Assembly (NCBI GenBank): GCA_002305615.1
Contig: DBPU01000025.1
Location: 12,578 to 76,577 of the forward strand
Direction of reading: 5' to 3'
Source: Verrucomicrobia bacterium UBA1412
Lineage (GTDB): Bacteria > Verrucomicrobiota > Verrucomicrobiia > Limisphaerales > UBA1412
Length of the DNA: 64,000 nucleotides
Positions 1-8,477 of the stretch are shown piece by piece; positions within the stretch are counted from its first letter, which is position 1; each line of letters starts with the position of its first letter. Below the pieces are notes generated by a model. The model was given only the letters and a program-made list of their open reading frames with translations. It had not been told where the DNA came from and ran no database searches. The position numbers were made by a program, and so were the translations under genes.

Positions 1-1403
1 GTCATCTGGCAGACATCCATGATTGAAATGCCCGAGACCTTCGGAAGAAAGGGAGTGGGGCTGGACGTAAATTTTATTTTTGGTGGCAAGGGCAGGGTGA
101 TGGCGAGAATTTCAGGGCGCAAACGGGCACCCCGGCAGGCATCACATGGCTCGGAAACCATAAATCCCTTGAGCCGGCTTCGGGTGGATTCGCTCTCGGT
201 TTCTCTGTAAATACGGTTTAGGCTCGGAATAACACCTTCAAACGGGTTATGAATCACACTCTTTTTGCCCCGTGTCCAAAGAGTGAACGGAATTTCTTCA
301 GTGCCGCTGCCAAAGAGAAGGGTTTGTTGAAAAGAAGTGGGTAAATCTTTCCAAGGTACATCCAGGGGTTGGTTGTAATGAGCGGCAACACCTTTCAGCA
401 GCGCTTTGTAATAGGTGATCATGCGCTTGCCCATTCGCCGCCAGGGAAGAATGGCACCCGTCTCCAGAGTTTTTTCCGCATTCACGACGAGTTCAGGAGA
501 AAAAACAAGTTTTCGGCCGAGTCCCATGCAGACCGGGCAAGCTCCCTGGGGAGAGTTGAAGGAGAAGTGTCGCGGCTCAATCGCCTCATAAGTCTGGCAG
601 GTATCAGGGTTCAGCGGAAGTGTGGAGTAGAGAGCTTCCTGCCACTCTTGAGAATTTGCTGTTTTGCCGGAGAGTTGAGGCACATTATAAAGGACTATGA
701 CGCGGCCTTCACCCCAGCGTAATGCCATTTCTATGGAATCGGCCAGGCGGGTTCGAGAATCTTTCTCCAGAATAATACGGTCTATGACCACTTCTATGTC
801 ATGCTTTTCTTTAGGATTGAGTTTGATTTTCTGGCTGGAGGAAAGTTCTTTAATCTCCTGATCTATTCGGGCTCGGATAAAACCTTCCCGCTGCAGACGC
901 TCCAGGACGTCCCGAAATTCTCCTTTTTCTTTGCTGACGATCGGAGCAAAAAGTATCAATTTGCTCCGATCGGGCCACTGCATGAGAGTGTCGATGATTT
1001 CTTCGCTGGTTTGTTGGGTAATAGGGCGGCCCGATTCGGGCGAGTGGGGGGTGCCTGCATGGGCGAAGAGAAGTCTCAGATAATCGTAAATCTCGGTAGA
1101 AGTAGCGATTGTTGAGCGGGGATTGCCGGCTGCGCTCCGTTGTTCAATGGCGATCGCGGGAGACAGGCCCTCAATGAAATCAACGTCCGGCTTTTCCATC
1201 TGGTCCAGGAATTGACGCGCGTAAGTCGAAAGTGATTCCACGTAGCGGCGTTGGCCTTCAGCGTAAAGAGTATCAAAAGCTAAAGATGATTTACCGGATC
1301 CGCTTGGGCCGGTGATCACAACGAGTTGATCCCTAGGGATATCTAAGCTGATATTTTTGAGGTTATGCTGGCGGGCTCCCGATATTCTGATGACTGATGC
1401 CAT
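1..1403 (-). CDS. uvrA: Excinuclease ABC subunit A (UvrA), N-terminal ~467 codons; the C-terminal part lies beyond the window start
   Basis: Absent from the supplied ORF track because it has no stop inside the window. The reverse strand is open from ATG (1403-1401) to position 1. Hand translation: MASVIRISGARQHNLKNISLDIPRDQLVVITGPSGSGKSSLAFDTLYAEGQRRYVESLSTYARQFLDQMEKPDVDFIEGLSPAIAIEQRSAAGNPRSTIATSTEIYDYLRLLFAHAG... and later ...EPRHFSFNSPQGACPVCMGLGRK. The Walker A, the YAEGQRRY/YARQF block and the CxxC zinc module are UvrA hallmarks. Confidence 0.9.
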   Translation of the reverse strand, partial: MASVIRISGARQHNLKNISLDIPRDQLVVITGPSGSGKSSLAFDTLYAEGQRRYVESLSTYARQFLDQMEKPDVDFIEGLSPAIAIEQRSAAGNPRSTIATSTEIYDYLRLLFAHAGTPHSPESGRPITQQTSEEIIDTLMQWPDRSKLILFAPIVSKEKGEFRDVLERLQREGFIRARIDQEIKELSSSQKIKLNPKEKHDIEVVIDRIILEKDSRTRLADSIEMALRWGEGRVIVLYNVPQLSGKTANSQEWQEALYSTLPLNPDTCQTYEAIEPRHFSFNSPQGACPVCMGLGRKLVFSPELVVNAEKTLETGAILPWRRMGKRMITYYKALLKGVAAHYNQPLDVPWKDLPTSFQQTLLFGSGTEEIPFTLWTRGKKSVIHNPFEGVIPSLNRIYRETESESTRSRLKGFMVSEPCDACRGARLRPEILAITLPLPPKIKFTSSPTPFLPKVSGISIMDVCQM

Positions 1404-1488
1404 AAAGTAAAACACAAACAACCCGCTCTGATTATCAGGGCGAGTTGCACAAAACAAAAGTAAAAACCAAACCCCGAGGGGCCCGATG

Positions 1489-1764
1489 TTATAATGTAGG
1501 CGCCGTAGCGGAAGCCAACCGGAGGCTCAAACGAGATTTTTTCCGATCAGCTTTTGCCCAATGAATAACACCTTTCTTGGCCGCCTTATCGAGTGCGGAA
1601 ACGGCAGCGCTCAGAGCGACCTGGGCGTCTTCAGACTTCCCGGCCTTCAAGCTATCCAAAAATTTCTTCTCACGAGTCTTCAAAAGAGACTTAACGCTCT
1701 TATTCACCAACTGCTTGCGCGCGCTGCTGCGCATTCTACGCTCTGCTGACTTCTTATTAGGCAT
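1489..1764 (-). CDS. rpsT: 30S ribosomal protein S20
   Basis: Track ORF 1489..1803 trimmed to the internal ATG at 1764. The 91-aa product MPNKKSAERRMRSSARKQLVNKSVKSLLKTREKKF... is strongly basic and has the S20 N-terminal pattern and size. Confidence 0.9.
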   Translation of the reverse strand: MPNKKSAERRMRSSARKQLVNKSVKSLLKTREKKFLDSLKAGKSEDAQVALSAAVSALDKAAKKGVIHWAKADRKKSRLSLRLASATAPTL

Positions 1765-1815
1765 ATCCTGTTTTCTAACTTTAAAATGGCCTGCTGCGGC
1801 CAAAAAACCGGAGGA

Positions 1816-1843
1816 ATTCTAGCATTTATCCGGAGGATGTCAA
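1816..1843 (-). promoter_or_regulatory. Candidate sigma70-type promoter of rpsT
   Basis: On the minus strand: TTGACA (1843-1838), 16-nt spacer, TAGAAT (1821-1816), about 50 nt upstream of the rpsT ATG. Near-consensus hexamers with good spacing. Confidence 0.5.
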
Positions 1844-2244
1844 TGAGAACAAAAATGAATTTTCTTAAAGGTAATTTCCCCTTGATACTGAAGAGGATTC
1901 ATCACTTTCACCCACACCCGGTTTTCCAAGATCTGTTTTTGAAAAAATGGATGTTCTTTCCACTTGCATCTGTTGCTGGAATTCAACAGAATTTGCTGGC
2001 TGGTCCAGCCAATGGAAACCGTTCAGGCACTGTGCGCGCCATCATTGTCACTAAATACTTTTTTGAAATCTCTCAGCCTAATGCTGAGAGGGTATTTCGT
2101 CGGTGTTTCTTGAAAGAGAACTAATTCGTAAATACTTTGAGCTTTGACCAGGTTTTTTGAGATGAGTTCTAGAGCTGAAGAAAGGCCTTTGAAGAGGATT
2201 TTGAAACATATAGTTAAGATATCAACTGATTGTTGTCAGCAGTA

Positions 2245-3540
2245 ATGAAGCCTGTAGATTTAAGAGGCATCCTGAAGTATGTTCCGCAGTACCGGAACAA
2301 GATTTTCGTTATTGCTTTGGATGGTGTCATCACTGAGAGCGAGAATTTTTCCAATATCCTGCTGGATGTGGCAGTGCTCTGTTCTCTCAATATACGAGTG
2401 GTTTTGGTCCATGGCGTGGGCTCCCAGATCCAGAAGATTGCGGACACGATGGAAGGTTTTAAGCCTTCAGACGTGGATGGAAGTGGAATCACCGATGATC
2501 AGACGCTGAAGGTGGCTCTAATTGCTGCCAACCGCTGCACTCACGAAATTCTAGAAGGCTTAAGCACAGTAGACCTGAGAGCGGTCACCTGTAATGGGAT
2601 CATCTCTCACCCCATGGGGATTATTCACGGAGTGGATCACCTGTTTACGGGCAAGGTCGAAAGAGTGGACGTGGAGATGTTCCAGACTCTTCTGAAAGAC
2701 GCCATCATCCCGGTGGCTCCTCCATTGGGCTTTGATGGGGAGGGGAACACTTACCGGGTGAACTCAGATAATGTGGCTTGTGCCCTGGGAGTTCAGCTCC
2801 AAGCTCAAAAAGTGATTTTTGTGACGGCTACCGACGGCCTCTATTGCAACGAGGAGATGATCGGCAGCGTTCAGGCGCAGGACCTGCAGGAGAAAATGAA
2901 CCGTATGCAAAGCGCTTTCCGCCCGGAGCAGATATCAAAGGCCCAATATGCGATCCAGGCGTGCCAACAGGGAGTGCCTCGTGTTCATCTCATCAATGGT
3001 CTGGTAAATGAATCGCTCATTACCGAGGTTTTCAGCAATGAGGGTGTGGGGACGCTTATTTATGCCAATGAATACCAGCAGATTCGACGGGCGACGCGCA
3101 AAGACATTCGCACGATCATGGTCTTGATTCGGCAGGCAATGAAGACGGAAGAATTGAGTATGCGCACCTATCAGGATGTAGAGTCCAGAATACAGGATTA
3201 CTACCTTTTTGAGATTGATGGGCATGCCGTAGGGTGTGTTGCTCTTCATTTATCTGAGGATAAGAGCTCTGGGGAACTGGCTTGCCTTTTCGTGACTTGC
3301 CACTATGAAAATAGGGGTATTGGACGCAAGCTGATCGGTTTTATTGAGGAGCGGGCACGGGCCTTGAAGCTGAAAAAAATAATTGTGCTTTCGACTCAAA
3401 CTTATACTTATTTCAAAACCAAGGGCGGTTTTTTTGAAGGAAGCCAAGAAGACCTCTCCCCGGAGCGTCTGGAGAAATACCATCAAAGTAAGAGACGCTC
3501 GCGCATATTGGTAAAACGTTTAGAAGAGAATAAAAATTAA
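2245..3540 (+). CDS. argA: Amino-acid N-acetyltransferase (N-acetylglutamate synthase), amino-acid-kinase domain plus GNAT domain
   Basis: ATG at 2245 (the track ORF starts at an upstream TTG, 2230). N-terminal kinase-fold region KIFVIALDGVITESENF...VVLVHGVGSQI and C-terminal GNAT region ACLFVTCHYENRGIGRKLIGFIEERA. Two-domain layout and ~430 aa length match E. coli ArgA as I recall it. Confidence 0.85.
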   Translation: MKPVDLRGILKYVPQYRNKIFVIALDGVITESENFSNILLDVAVLCSLNIRVVLVHGVGSQIQKIADTMEGFKPSDVDGSGITDDQTLKVALIAANRCTHEILEGLSTVDLRAVTCNGIISHPMGIIHGVDHLFTGKVERVDVEMFQTLLKDAIIPVAPPLGFDGEGNTYRVNSDNVACALGVQLQAQKVIFVTATDGLYCNEEMIGSVQAQDLQEKMNRMQSAFRPEQISKAQYAIQACQQGVPRVHLINGLVNESLITEVFSNEGVGTLIYANEYQQIRRATRKDIRTIMVLIRQAMKTEELSMRTYQDVESRIQDYYLFEIDGHAVGCVALHLSEDKSSGELACLFVTCHYENRGIGRKLIGFIEERARALKLKKIIVLSTQTYTYFKTKGGFFEGSQEDLSPERLEKYHQSKRRSRILVKRLEENKN

Positions 3541-3542
3541 TT

Positions 3543-4472
3543 ATGGGAAAAACAGCAATACTATTTGCCGGTCAGGGAGCTCAAGTTGTAGGAATGGGTA
3601 AAGACTTATCCGAAAAATTTCCGACTGCCCAGGCTCTTTTCCAAAAAGCAGACGATATCCTGGGATATGGTTTGAGCAAAATTATTTTCGAAGGACCAGA
3701 GGAAGAGTTGACCCGCACAGAACATGCCCAACCGGCTATTTTTCTGATGAGTTGGGTTGATTTTTCGCTTCTGAAAGAACTGGTACCTCAGATGAATTAT
3801 GAAGCGACGGCAGGTTTGAGTCTGGGAGAATTGACTGCTTTGACAGCCGCAGGTGTTTTTTCTTTTGAAGAAGGATTAACGCTTGTGCGTAAGAGGGGGA
3901 TTTACATGCAGGAAGCATGTGAAGAAACTCAAGGAGGAATGGCTGCCGTGATCGGTTTAGATACCGAGCTTGTCAGGGAAGTATGCGAACAGGCGGGTGT
4001 CCAGATCGCCAACTTGAATTGCCCGGGGCAACTGGTGATTTCCGGAGAAACGCAAAAAGTCATAGATGCTTGTGCGTTGGCCCGTGCTAAAGGAGCAAAA
4101 CGCGCTTTGCCGCTGGCGGTGGCCGGGGCCTATCATTCCCCGCTGATGGCGGGGGCTCAACCCAAGCTCAGAGCGGCTCTGGCAGAGACGAAAATAGCAT
4201 CACCTCGAATTGATGTTATTTCTAATGTCACAGCCCTGCCGCACGAAAAGGAAGAGACTATTGCAGAGACTTTGGTCAAACAGGTGACCTCACCAGTTCT
4301 TTTTGAAGATTCTCTTCGGTATTTGGTAAATAACGGATTTACCCGATTTATTGAAGTGGGCCCGGGGGCGGTTCTTAGCGGATTTCTGAAAAGAATCATT
4401 AAGGAAGTGGAAATTTTAAACGTGTCGGATATGGCCAGTTTGGAGAAGACGATTTCGGCACTCAAGGTATAA
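3543..4472 (+). CDS. fabD: Malonyl-CoA:ACP transacylase
   Basis: FAGQGAQVVGMG N-terminus, active-site GLSLGELTAL (GxSxG), and AYHSPLM. Starts 2 nt after the argA stop. Confidence 0.93.
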   Translation: MGKTAILFAGQGAQVVGMGKDLSEKFPTAQALFQKADDILGYGLSKIIFEGPEEELTRTEHAQPAIFLMSWVDFSLLKELVPQMNYEATAGLSLGELTALTAAGVFSFEEGLTLVRKRGIYMQEACEETQGGMAAVIGLDTELVREVCEQAGVQIANLNCPGQLVISGETQKVIDACALARAKGAKRALPLAVAGAYHSPLMAGAQPKLRAALAETKIASPRIDVISNVTALPHEKEETIAETLVKQVTSPVLFEDSLRYLVNNGFTRFIEVGPGAVLSGFLKRIIKEVEILNVSDMASLEKTISALKV

Positions 4473-4490
4473 ACATAACAACAGAAAAAC

Positions 4491-5234
4491 ATGAATAAAT
4501 TCGAAGGAAAGATTGTAGTTGTAACCGGAGCCGGTCGTGGCATTGGTCGGGGAATTGCTTTGGCATTTGCACAGCAGGGAGCCGACGTGGTTTGCATTTC
4601 CCGCACTCAGGCCAATTCTGATAAGGTAGCCGCTGAGATTCGTGAGCTTGGCCGGAAGGCTTGGGCTTATGCTCTGGATGTGGCCAATCCGGCTGCGGTC
4701 ACTGAAACTTGTGCCTCAATTCTGAAAGAGACAGGGAAGGTGGATGTGCTCGTAAATAACGCCGGAGTAACCCGCGATAATCTTTTCATGCGTATGAGCG
4801 AAGAGGAGTGGGATACCGTAGTCGACACAAATCTGAAAGGTGTATTTCTGCTCTGCAAGGCGTTTATACGTTCTTTTATCAAACAGCGTTCGGGGAGGAT
4901 TATCAATATTGCCTCGATAGTGGGCATTAGGGGCAATGCCGGGCAGTGCAATTATGCTGCCAGCAAGGCGGCCTTGATTGGATTTTCAAAATCATTAGCA
5001 CGTGAAGTAGCCAGCCGGAATATTACAGTCAACGTTGTTGCTCCCGGCTTTATCGGTACAGATATGACTTCAGTGTTGCCCGACAGTGTCAAAGAAGCGC
5101 TTCTTAAAGAGATACCGCTGGGCGAAGTGGGAACTCCGGAAGATATCGCAGGTGCGGTACTGTTTTTGGCCAGCAAAGAAGCTCGTTATATTACCGGACA
5201 CGTTTTAGTGGTTGACGGCGGCGTGGCAATGTAG
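4491..5234 (+). CDS. fabG: 3-oxoacyl-ACP reductase (short-chain dehydrogenase/reductase, SDR)
   Basis: TGAGRGIGRGIA cofactor motif, NNAG, catalytic YAASKAA (YxxxK), 247 aa. Sits between fabD and acpP. Confidence 0.92.
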   Translation: MNKFEGKIVVVTGAGRGIGRGIALAFAQQGADVVCISRTQANSDKVAAEIRELGRKAWAYALDVANPAAVTETCASILKETGKVDVLVNNAGVTRDNLFMRMSEEEWDTVVDTNLKGVFLLCKAFIRSFIKQRSGRIINIASIVGIRGNAGQCNYAASKAALIGFSKSLAREVASRNITVNVVAPGFIGTDMTSVLPDSVKEALLKEIPLGEVGTPEDIAGAVLFLASKEARYITGHVLVVDGGVAM

Positions 5235-5290
5235 ATAATACTTCAGTCATTCGGCGGGCGGCCGCTTGCTTGAGAGGTTGAAAAACTGTC

Positions 5291-5319
5291 TGGACGTCTT
5301 CGCATCGAATGCGTATAAT
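5291..5319 (+). promoter_or_regulatory. Candidate internal promoter for acpP
   Basis: TGGACG (5291-5296), 17-nt spacer, TATAAT (5314-5319), 31 nt upstream of the acpP ATG. A separate acpP promoter is well known in E. coli. Confidence 0.4.
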
Positions 5320-5350
5320 AGCTTGGCATTTAAATACTGAAATATAATTT

Positions 5351-5593
5351 ATGGCTGATAATACAATTGAAGAGAAGGTCAAAAAAATTATTGTTGAACA
5401 ATTGACCGTCAATCCGGATCAGGTAACTCCTGATGCTAAGTTTGTAGAAGATCTGGGAGCTGACTCTCTGGATAATGTGGAGTTGATTATGGCTCTGGAG
5501 GAAGAGTTCGGCTTGGAAGTGCCTGACGAGGAAGCTGAGAAACTTCAGAGCGTGGGCGACGTGATCAGATATATTGAAGGAAATCAGAAGTAA
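5351..5593 (+). CDS. acpP: Acyl carrier protein
   Basis: 80 aa and acidic, with the phosphopantetheine-attachment motif [20 protein letters not shown]. Confidence 0.95.
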   Translation: MADNTIEEKVKKIIVEQLTVNPDQVTPDAKFVEDLGADSLDNVELIMALEEEFGLEVPDEEAEKLQSVGDVIRYIEGNQK

Positions 5594-5759
5594 CTATTTT
5601 CCTCCCAAGGCTATTTGATATCTTGGGTAAACCGTGACAACACGCAGTTGCAACAGACAAACGGACTCGGCTGCTGTAAGGGTATTGAATATCCGATGGT
5701 TGGTCGGGTCGTTTTTATTTGGTCATTTCGGTTTGTTGGGGTAGTAAGTTTTTTATCGA

Positions 5760-7019
5760 ATGGTAGATTGTAAAAATAATCGTCGGGTGGTTATCACCGG
5801 CTTGGGGGTCGTTTCCTCTTTAGGACATGATGCCGAAACGTTTTGGAGGAAAGTTGTAAATGGAGACTGTGGAATTGACCGTATCAGGTTGATAGACCCT
5901 TCTCCGTTTACTTCTCAAATCGCTTCCGAGGTTCATAACTTTGACCCTACACCAGCTTTTCCCTCTCCCAAAGAGGTGAGGAGGTCTGATCGTTATTGCC
6001 AATTCGTCGTCTATGCCGGATGGAGTGCATTAAAAGATTCAGGAATGGATCTGAATAAGGAGAATCTGGAAGAGATCGGATGCTTTTTTGGCTCCGGTAT
6101 TGGCGGATTATCTACCACTGAGGAGCAATGTCGTGTTTTGGTAGAAAGAGGCCCGGGCAGGCTTTCTCCTTTCATGATTCCCATGTTGATTTTGAACATG
6201 GGTTCAGGACTCTTCTCGATCATTCACGGATTGAAAGGCCCCAACATGGCGACTTGTTCTGCCTGCGCTACGTCTACTCACGCCATTGGCGAAGCTTGGC
6301 AAACCATTAAGCTGGGTAATGCTACTGCTATGTTCGCTGGTGGTTCTGAAGCGGCGATTACCTGTTTGGGAATCGGCGGTTTTAGCTCCATGAGAGCTCT
6401 GAGCACCCGCAACGATGATCCTAAGAGAGCTTCCCGTCCCTTTGATGCGAACCGTGATGGTTTCGTGATGGGGGAGGGTGCAGGTGTTTTGCTCTTGGAA
6501 GAGCTGGAACATGCTAAAGCCCGGAATGCGAAGATTTATGCTGAGCTGGTCGGTTATGGAAATACGGCAGATGCCTACCATATTACCATACCGTCCGTCG
6601 GGGGTGAAGGAGCTGCACGCAGCATGAAAATGGCACTGCGTTCTGCCGGATTGAATCCGGAGGATGTAAGCTATGTCAATGCCCATGCGACAGCTACTAA
6701 AGCAGGGGATATTGCTGAGGTTCAGGCAATTAAATCTGTTTTTGGATCAAGAGCTTCCAAACTGCCCGTCAGTTCGACTAAAGGAGCTCATGCTCATATG
6801 TTGGGTGCGGCCGGGGCTGTTGAGCTGGCTATTTGTGCGATGGCGGTCTCCAATAATGTCGTTCCGCCTACGATTAACTATGAAACTAAGGACCCGGAGT
6901 GTGACCTGGACTGCGTTCCCAACGTGGCTCGGGAGTTGCCCGTCAAAGTTGCCATGAGTAATTCTTTTGGTTTTGGCGGTCACAATGCGACTTTAGTTTG
7001 CAAGAAGTTCGAAGGTTAA
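5760..7019 (+). CDS. fabF: 3-oxoacyl-ACP synthase II
   Basis: 419 aa. Active-site Cys context ATCSACATSTHAIG, HATATKAGD, and HMLGAAG...NSFGFGGHNATLV at the C-terminus. Classic KAS II organisation after acpP. Confidence 0.93.
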   Translation: MVDCKNNRRVVITGLGVVSSLGHDAETFWRKVVNGDCGIDRIRLIDPSPFTSQIASEVHNFDPTPAFPSPKEVRRSDRYCQFVVYAGWSALKDSGMDLNKENLEEIGCFFGSGIGGLSTTEEQCRVLVERGPGRLSPFMIPMLILNMGSGLFSIIHGLKGPNMATCSACATSTHAIGEAWQTIKLGNATAMFAGGSEAAITCLGIGGFSSMRALSTRNDDPKRASRPFDANRDGFVMGEGAGVLLLEELEHAKARNAKIYAELVGYGNTADAYHITIPSVGGEGAARSMKMALRSAGLNPEDVSYVNAHATATKAGDIAEVQAIKSVFGSRASKLPVSSTKGAHAHMLGAAGAVELAICAMAVSNNVVPPTINYETKDPECDLDCVPNVARELPVKVAMSNSFGFGGHNATLVCKKFEG

Positions 7020-7042
7020 CTCGTTTTTTATACGTGTTTTAG

Positions 7043-7082
7043 AAGGGCGCAGGCTTACCGTCTGCGCCTTTCTGTTTTTTTT
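7043..7082 (+). terminator. Rho-independent terminator after fabF
   Basis: GGCGCAG (7046-7052) pairs with CTGCGCC (7062-7068) across a 9-nt loop, followed by the T-rich run TTTCTGTTTTTTTT. Confidence 0.75.
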
Positions 7083-7091
7083 GTTTCGCAT

Positions 7092-7120
7092 TTGACTTCA
7101 GCATTAAGTAGGACTAGACT
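7092..7120 (+). promoter_or_regulatory. Candidate promoter for the 7204..8406 gene
   Basis: TTGACT (7092-7097), 17-nt spacer, TAGACT (7115-7120). Confidence 0.4.
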
Positions 7121-7203
7121 CCAGCTGCATCGTGTTATTGATATGACACGGTGGTTTTAGAACACTTTAAGCCTTATTTAATTTCGCTAACCAATTAGAA
7201 AAA

Positions 7204-8406
7204 ATGAATGCTAAACATCTTAAAAGTATTTTTAGGGTAACTAGGATATTGTGCTTCTGTATAGGAGTATTTCCTTTTACCTTCCCTGTTTTTGTATCAG
7301 GGCAATCCACTCCGGAAGATGGATTATGGAGTGACAAAAACACGGTGATGCTGAACACGCCGGAAGCAGCACTCATGGCAAGAACAGGTGACATAGATAA
7401 CCTTGGATTTGGATGGCCCGTTGGGTTTAATCCGTTTTCAGGAAATAATACTCCCACGCATTATTTCCCTTGGTCTGTTGACCCGAACGATCCAGCAGGC
7501 ACAGACTGCATCATGGTTCTTTCCAGTTATGCAGGGAGCCCTCCTTATGGTCAAGATGGCTACACAGGTACTACATCGCGCCCTGCCAATTTGCCTCAGG
7601 CCATTGTAGTTTCCTATAACGTTCCTGAGTTTAAAGAAATGGAGGTTTCCTCAGCCGCAATGCAGCTCTTTGTGGATGATTTTCAAGCGCCGGTTTGGGG
7701 GGCTAATTTTCAGGTTACGCTCAATGGGGTGCGGGCATCCTTTTTAGAAAATGTTATAAACTCGCTGGCCCAGACAGGCCCTATCGGTAAGCTTATAACA
7801 GTTCAAATTCCAGGTGAATTTTTGGATATAATCCGTTCTGGAGAAGTTTCGATATTTGTAGATGACCCGGTGACTGGAGCAGGTGATGGTTATGCAATTG
7901 ACTTCATCAAAATCCTGGTGAATCCGACCGATTTTTCTCAAACTTCTACCGTGACCGGTTTTATTCTGGACCAGCGTAACCAGGTGCCTTTACCCGGTGC
8001 CGTTGTTTCTATTGGTCCTGCGACTAGCGCACCCACTGGGGAAGATGGCTTCTTCAAGCTCACTAACGTTCCTGCCGGTTTGGCTATTTTGACGGTGACC
8101 TGTCCCGGTTATAAGGAGTCTACTTATAGCGTCCAAACGGTGGCTCAACAGCAACTTGAGGTGAATTTTCCTATTCCTTTGGGCTCACCTACGCTTGTGA
8201 TCCAATTTTTCCCGGAGAGTCTTGTTCTCAGTTTGAAAGGTGCCCCTACGGCTCAATATACACTTTGGGCTTCAGATGACCTTACAGAATGGAAAATTCT
8301 TGGAGACTTGGAACAAGTTGAGGCAGGATATTTTCAATATGTATTTCCGCCAACACTTCCGCCGGTACAACCTGTGACCCAATTTTATCGGGTATCTGCG
8401 CAGTAA
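7204..8406 (+). CDS. Secreted hypothetical protein with a carboxypeptidase-regulatory-like beta-sandwich segment
   Basis: N-terminal signal-like segment ILCFCIGVFPFTFPVFVSGQS. Central segment GFILDQRNQVPLPGAVVSIG...DGFFKLTNVPAG...LTVTCPGYKE resembles the CarboxypepD_reg fold. The N-terminal ~230 aa and the C-terminal ~80 aa (ending QFYRVSAQ) are unrecognised. Confidence 0.7.
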   Translation: MNAKHLKSIFRVTRILCFCIGVFPFTFPVFVSGQSTPEDGLWSDKNTVMLNTPEAALMARTGDIDNLGFGWPVGFNPFSGNNTPTHYFPWSVDPNDPAGTDCIMVLSSYAGSPPYGQDGYTGTTSRPANLPQAIVVSYNVPEFKEMEVSSAAMQLFVDDFQAPVWGANFQVTLNGVRASFLENVINSLAQTGPIGKLITVQIPGEFLDIIRSGEVSIFVDDPVTGAGDGYAIDFIKILVNPTDFSQTSTVTGFILDQRNQVPLPGAVVSIGPATSAPTGEDGFFKLTNVPAGLAILTVTCPGYKESTYSVQTVAQQQLEVNFPIPLGSPTLVIQFFPESLVLSLKGAPTAQYTLWASDDLTEWKILGDLEQVEAGYFQYVFPPTLPPVQPVTQFYRVSAQ

Positions 8407-8426
8407 AGAGAGCTTTATCTGGTATG

Positions 8427-8459
8427 AAAAAAGGCACCAAAAGTTTTTTTGGTGCCTTT
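8427..8459. terminator. Bidirectional rho-independent terminator between convergent genes (7204..8406 and asnS)
   Basis: GGCACCAAAA (8433-8442) pairs with TTTTGGTGCC (8447-8456) across a 4-nt loop. An A-run lies upstream and a T-run downstream, so it reads as a terminator on both strands. Confidence 0.8.
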
Positions 8460-8477
8460 GACATTCTGTTCAATCTC

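Noticed and set aside
369-1115. Plus-strand track ORFs 369..722 and 801..1115
   Set aside because: Both lie antisense to a clearly UvrA-encoding minus-strand frame that runs off the window edge. The UvrA motifs are unambiguous, so these are shadow ORFs.
1424-1442. Imperfect palindrome CGCTCTGATTATCAGGGCG upstream of uvrA, considered as a possible LexA/SOS box
   Set aside because: It matches neither the E. coli CTGT-N8-ACAG box nor the TGTTC-N4-GAACA motif reported for Verrucomicrobia (as I recall it). It may simply be part of the rpsT 3' region.
1461-1488. Possible rpsT terminator (CCCCTCGGGG followed by TTTGGTTTTT on the minus strand)
   Set aside because: Only 3-4 GC pairs can form with an allowable loop. 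This is too marginal to report as a feature, although the U-rich tract is suggestive.
1786-2124. 112-aa plus-strand ORF in the rpsT-argA intergenic region, with a GGAGGA just upstream of an internal ATG
   Set aside because: It overlaps a near-consensus minus-strand rpsT promoter (TTGACA-16-TAGAAT, 1816-1843). Its F/K/L/N-rich composition is typical of AT-rich spacer sequence. No motif is recognised and no terminator follows. It is most likely non-coding divergent promoter space.
4157-6686. Antisense ORFs 4157..4606 (149 aa) and 6204..6686 (160 aa) within the fab genes
   Set aside because: They lie opposite fabD/fabG and fabF, whose catalytic motifs are intact. There is no independent start or terminator signal.
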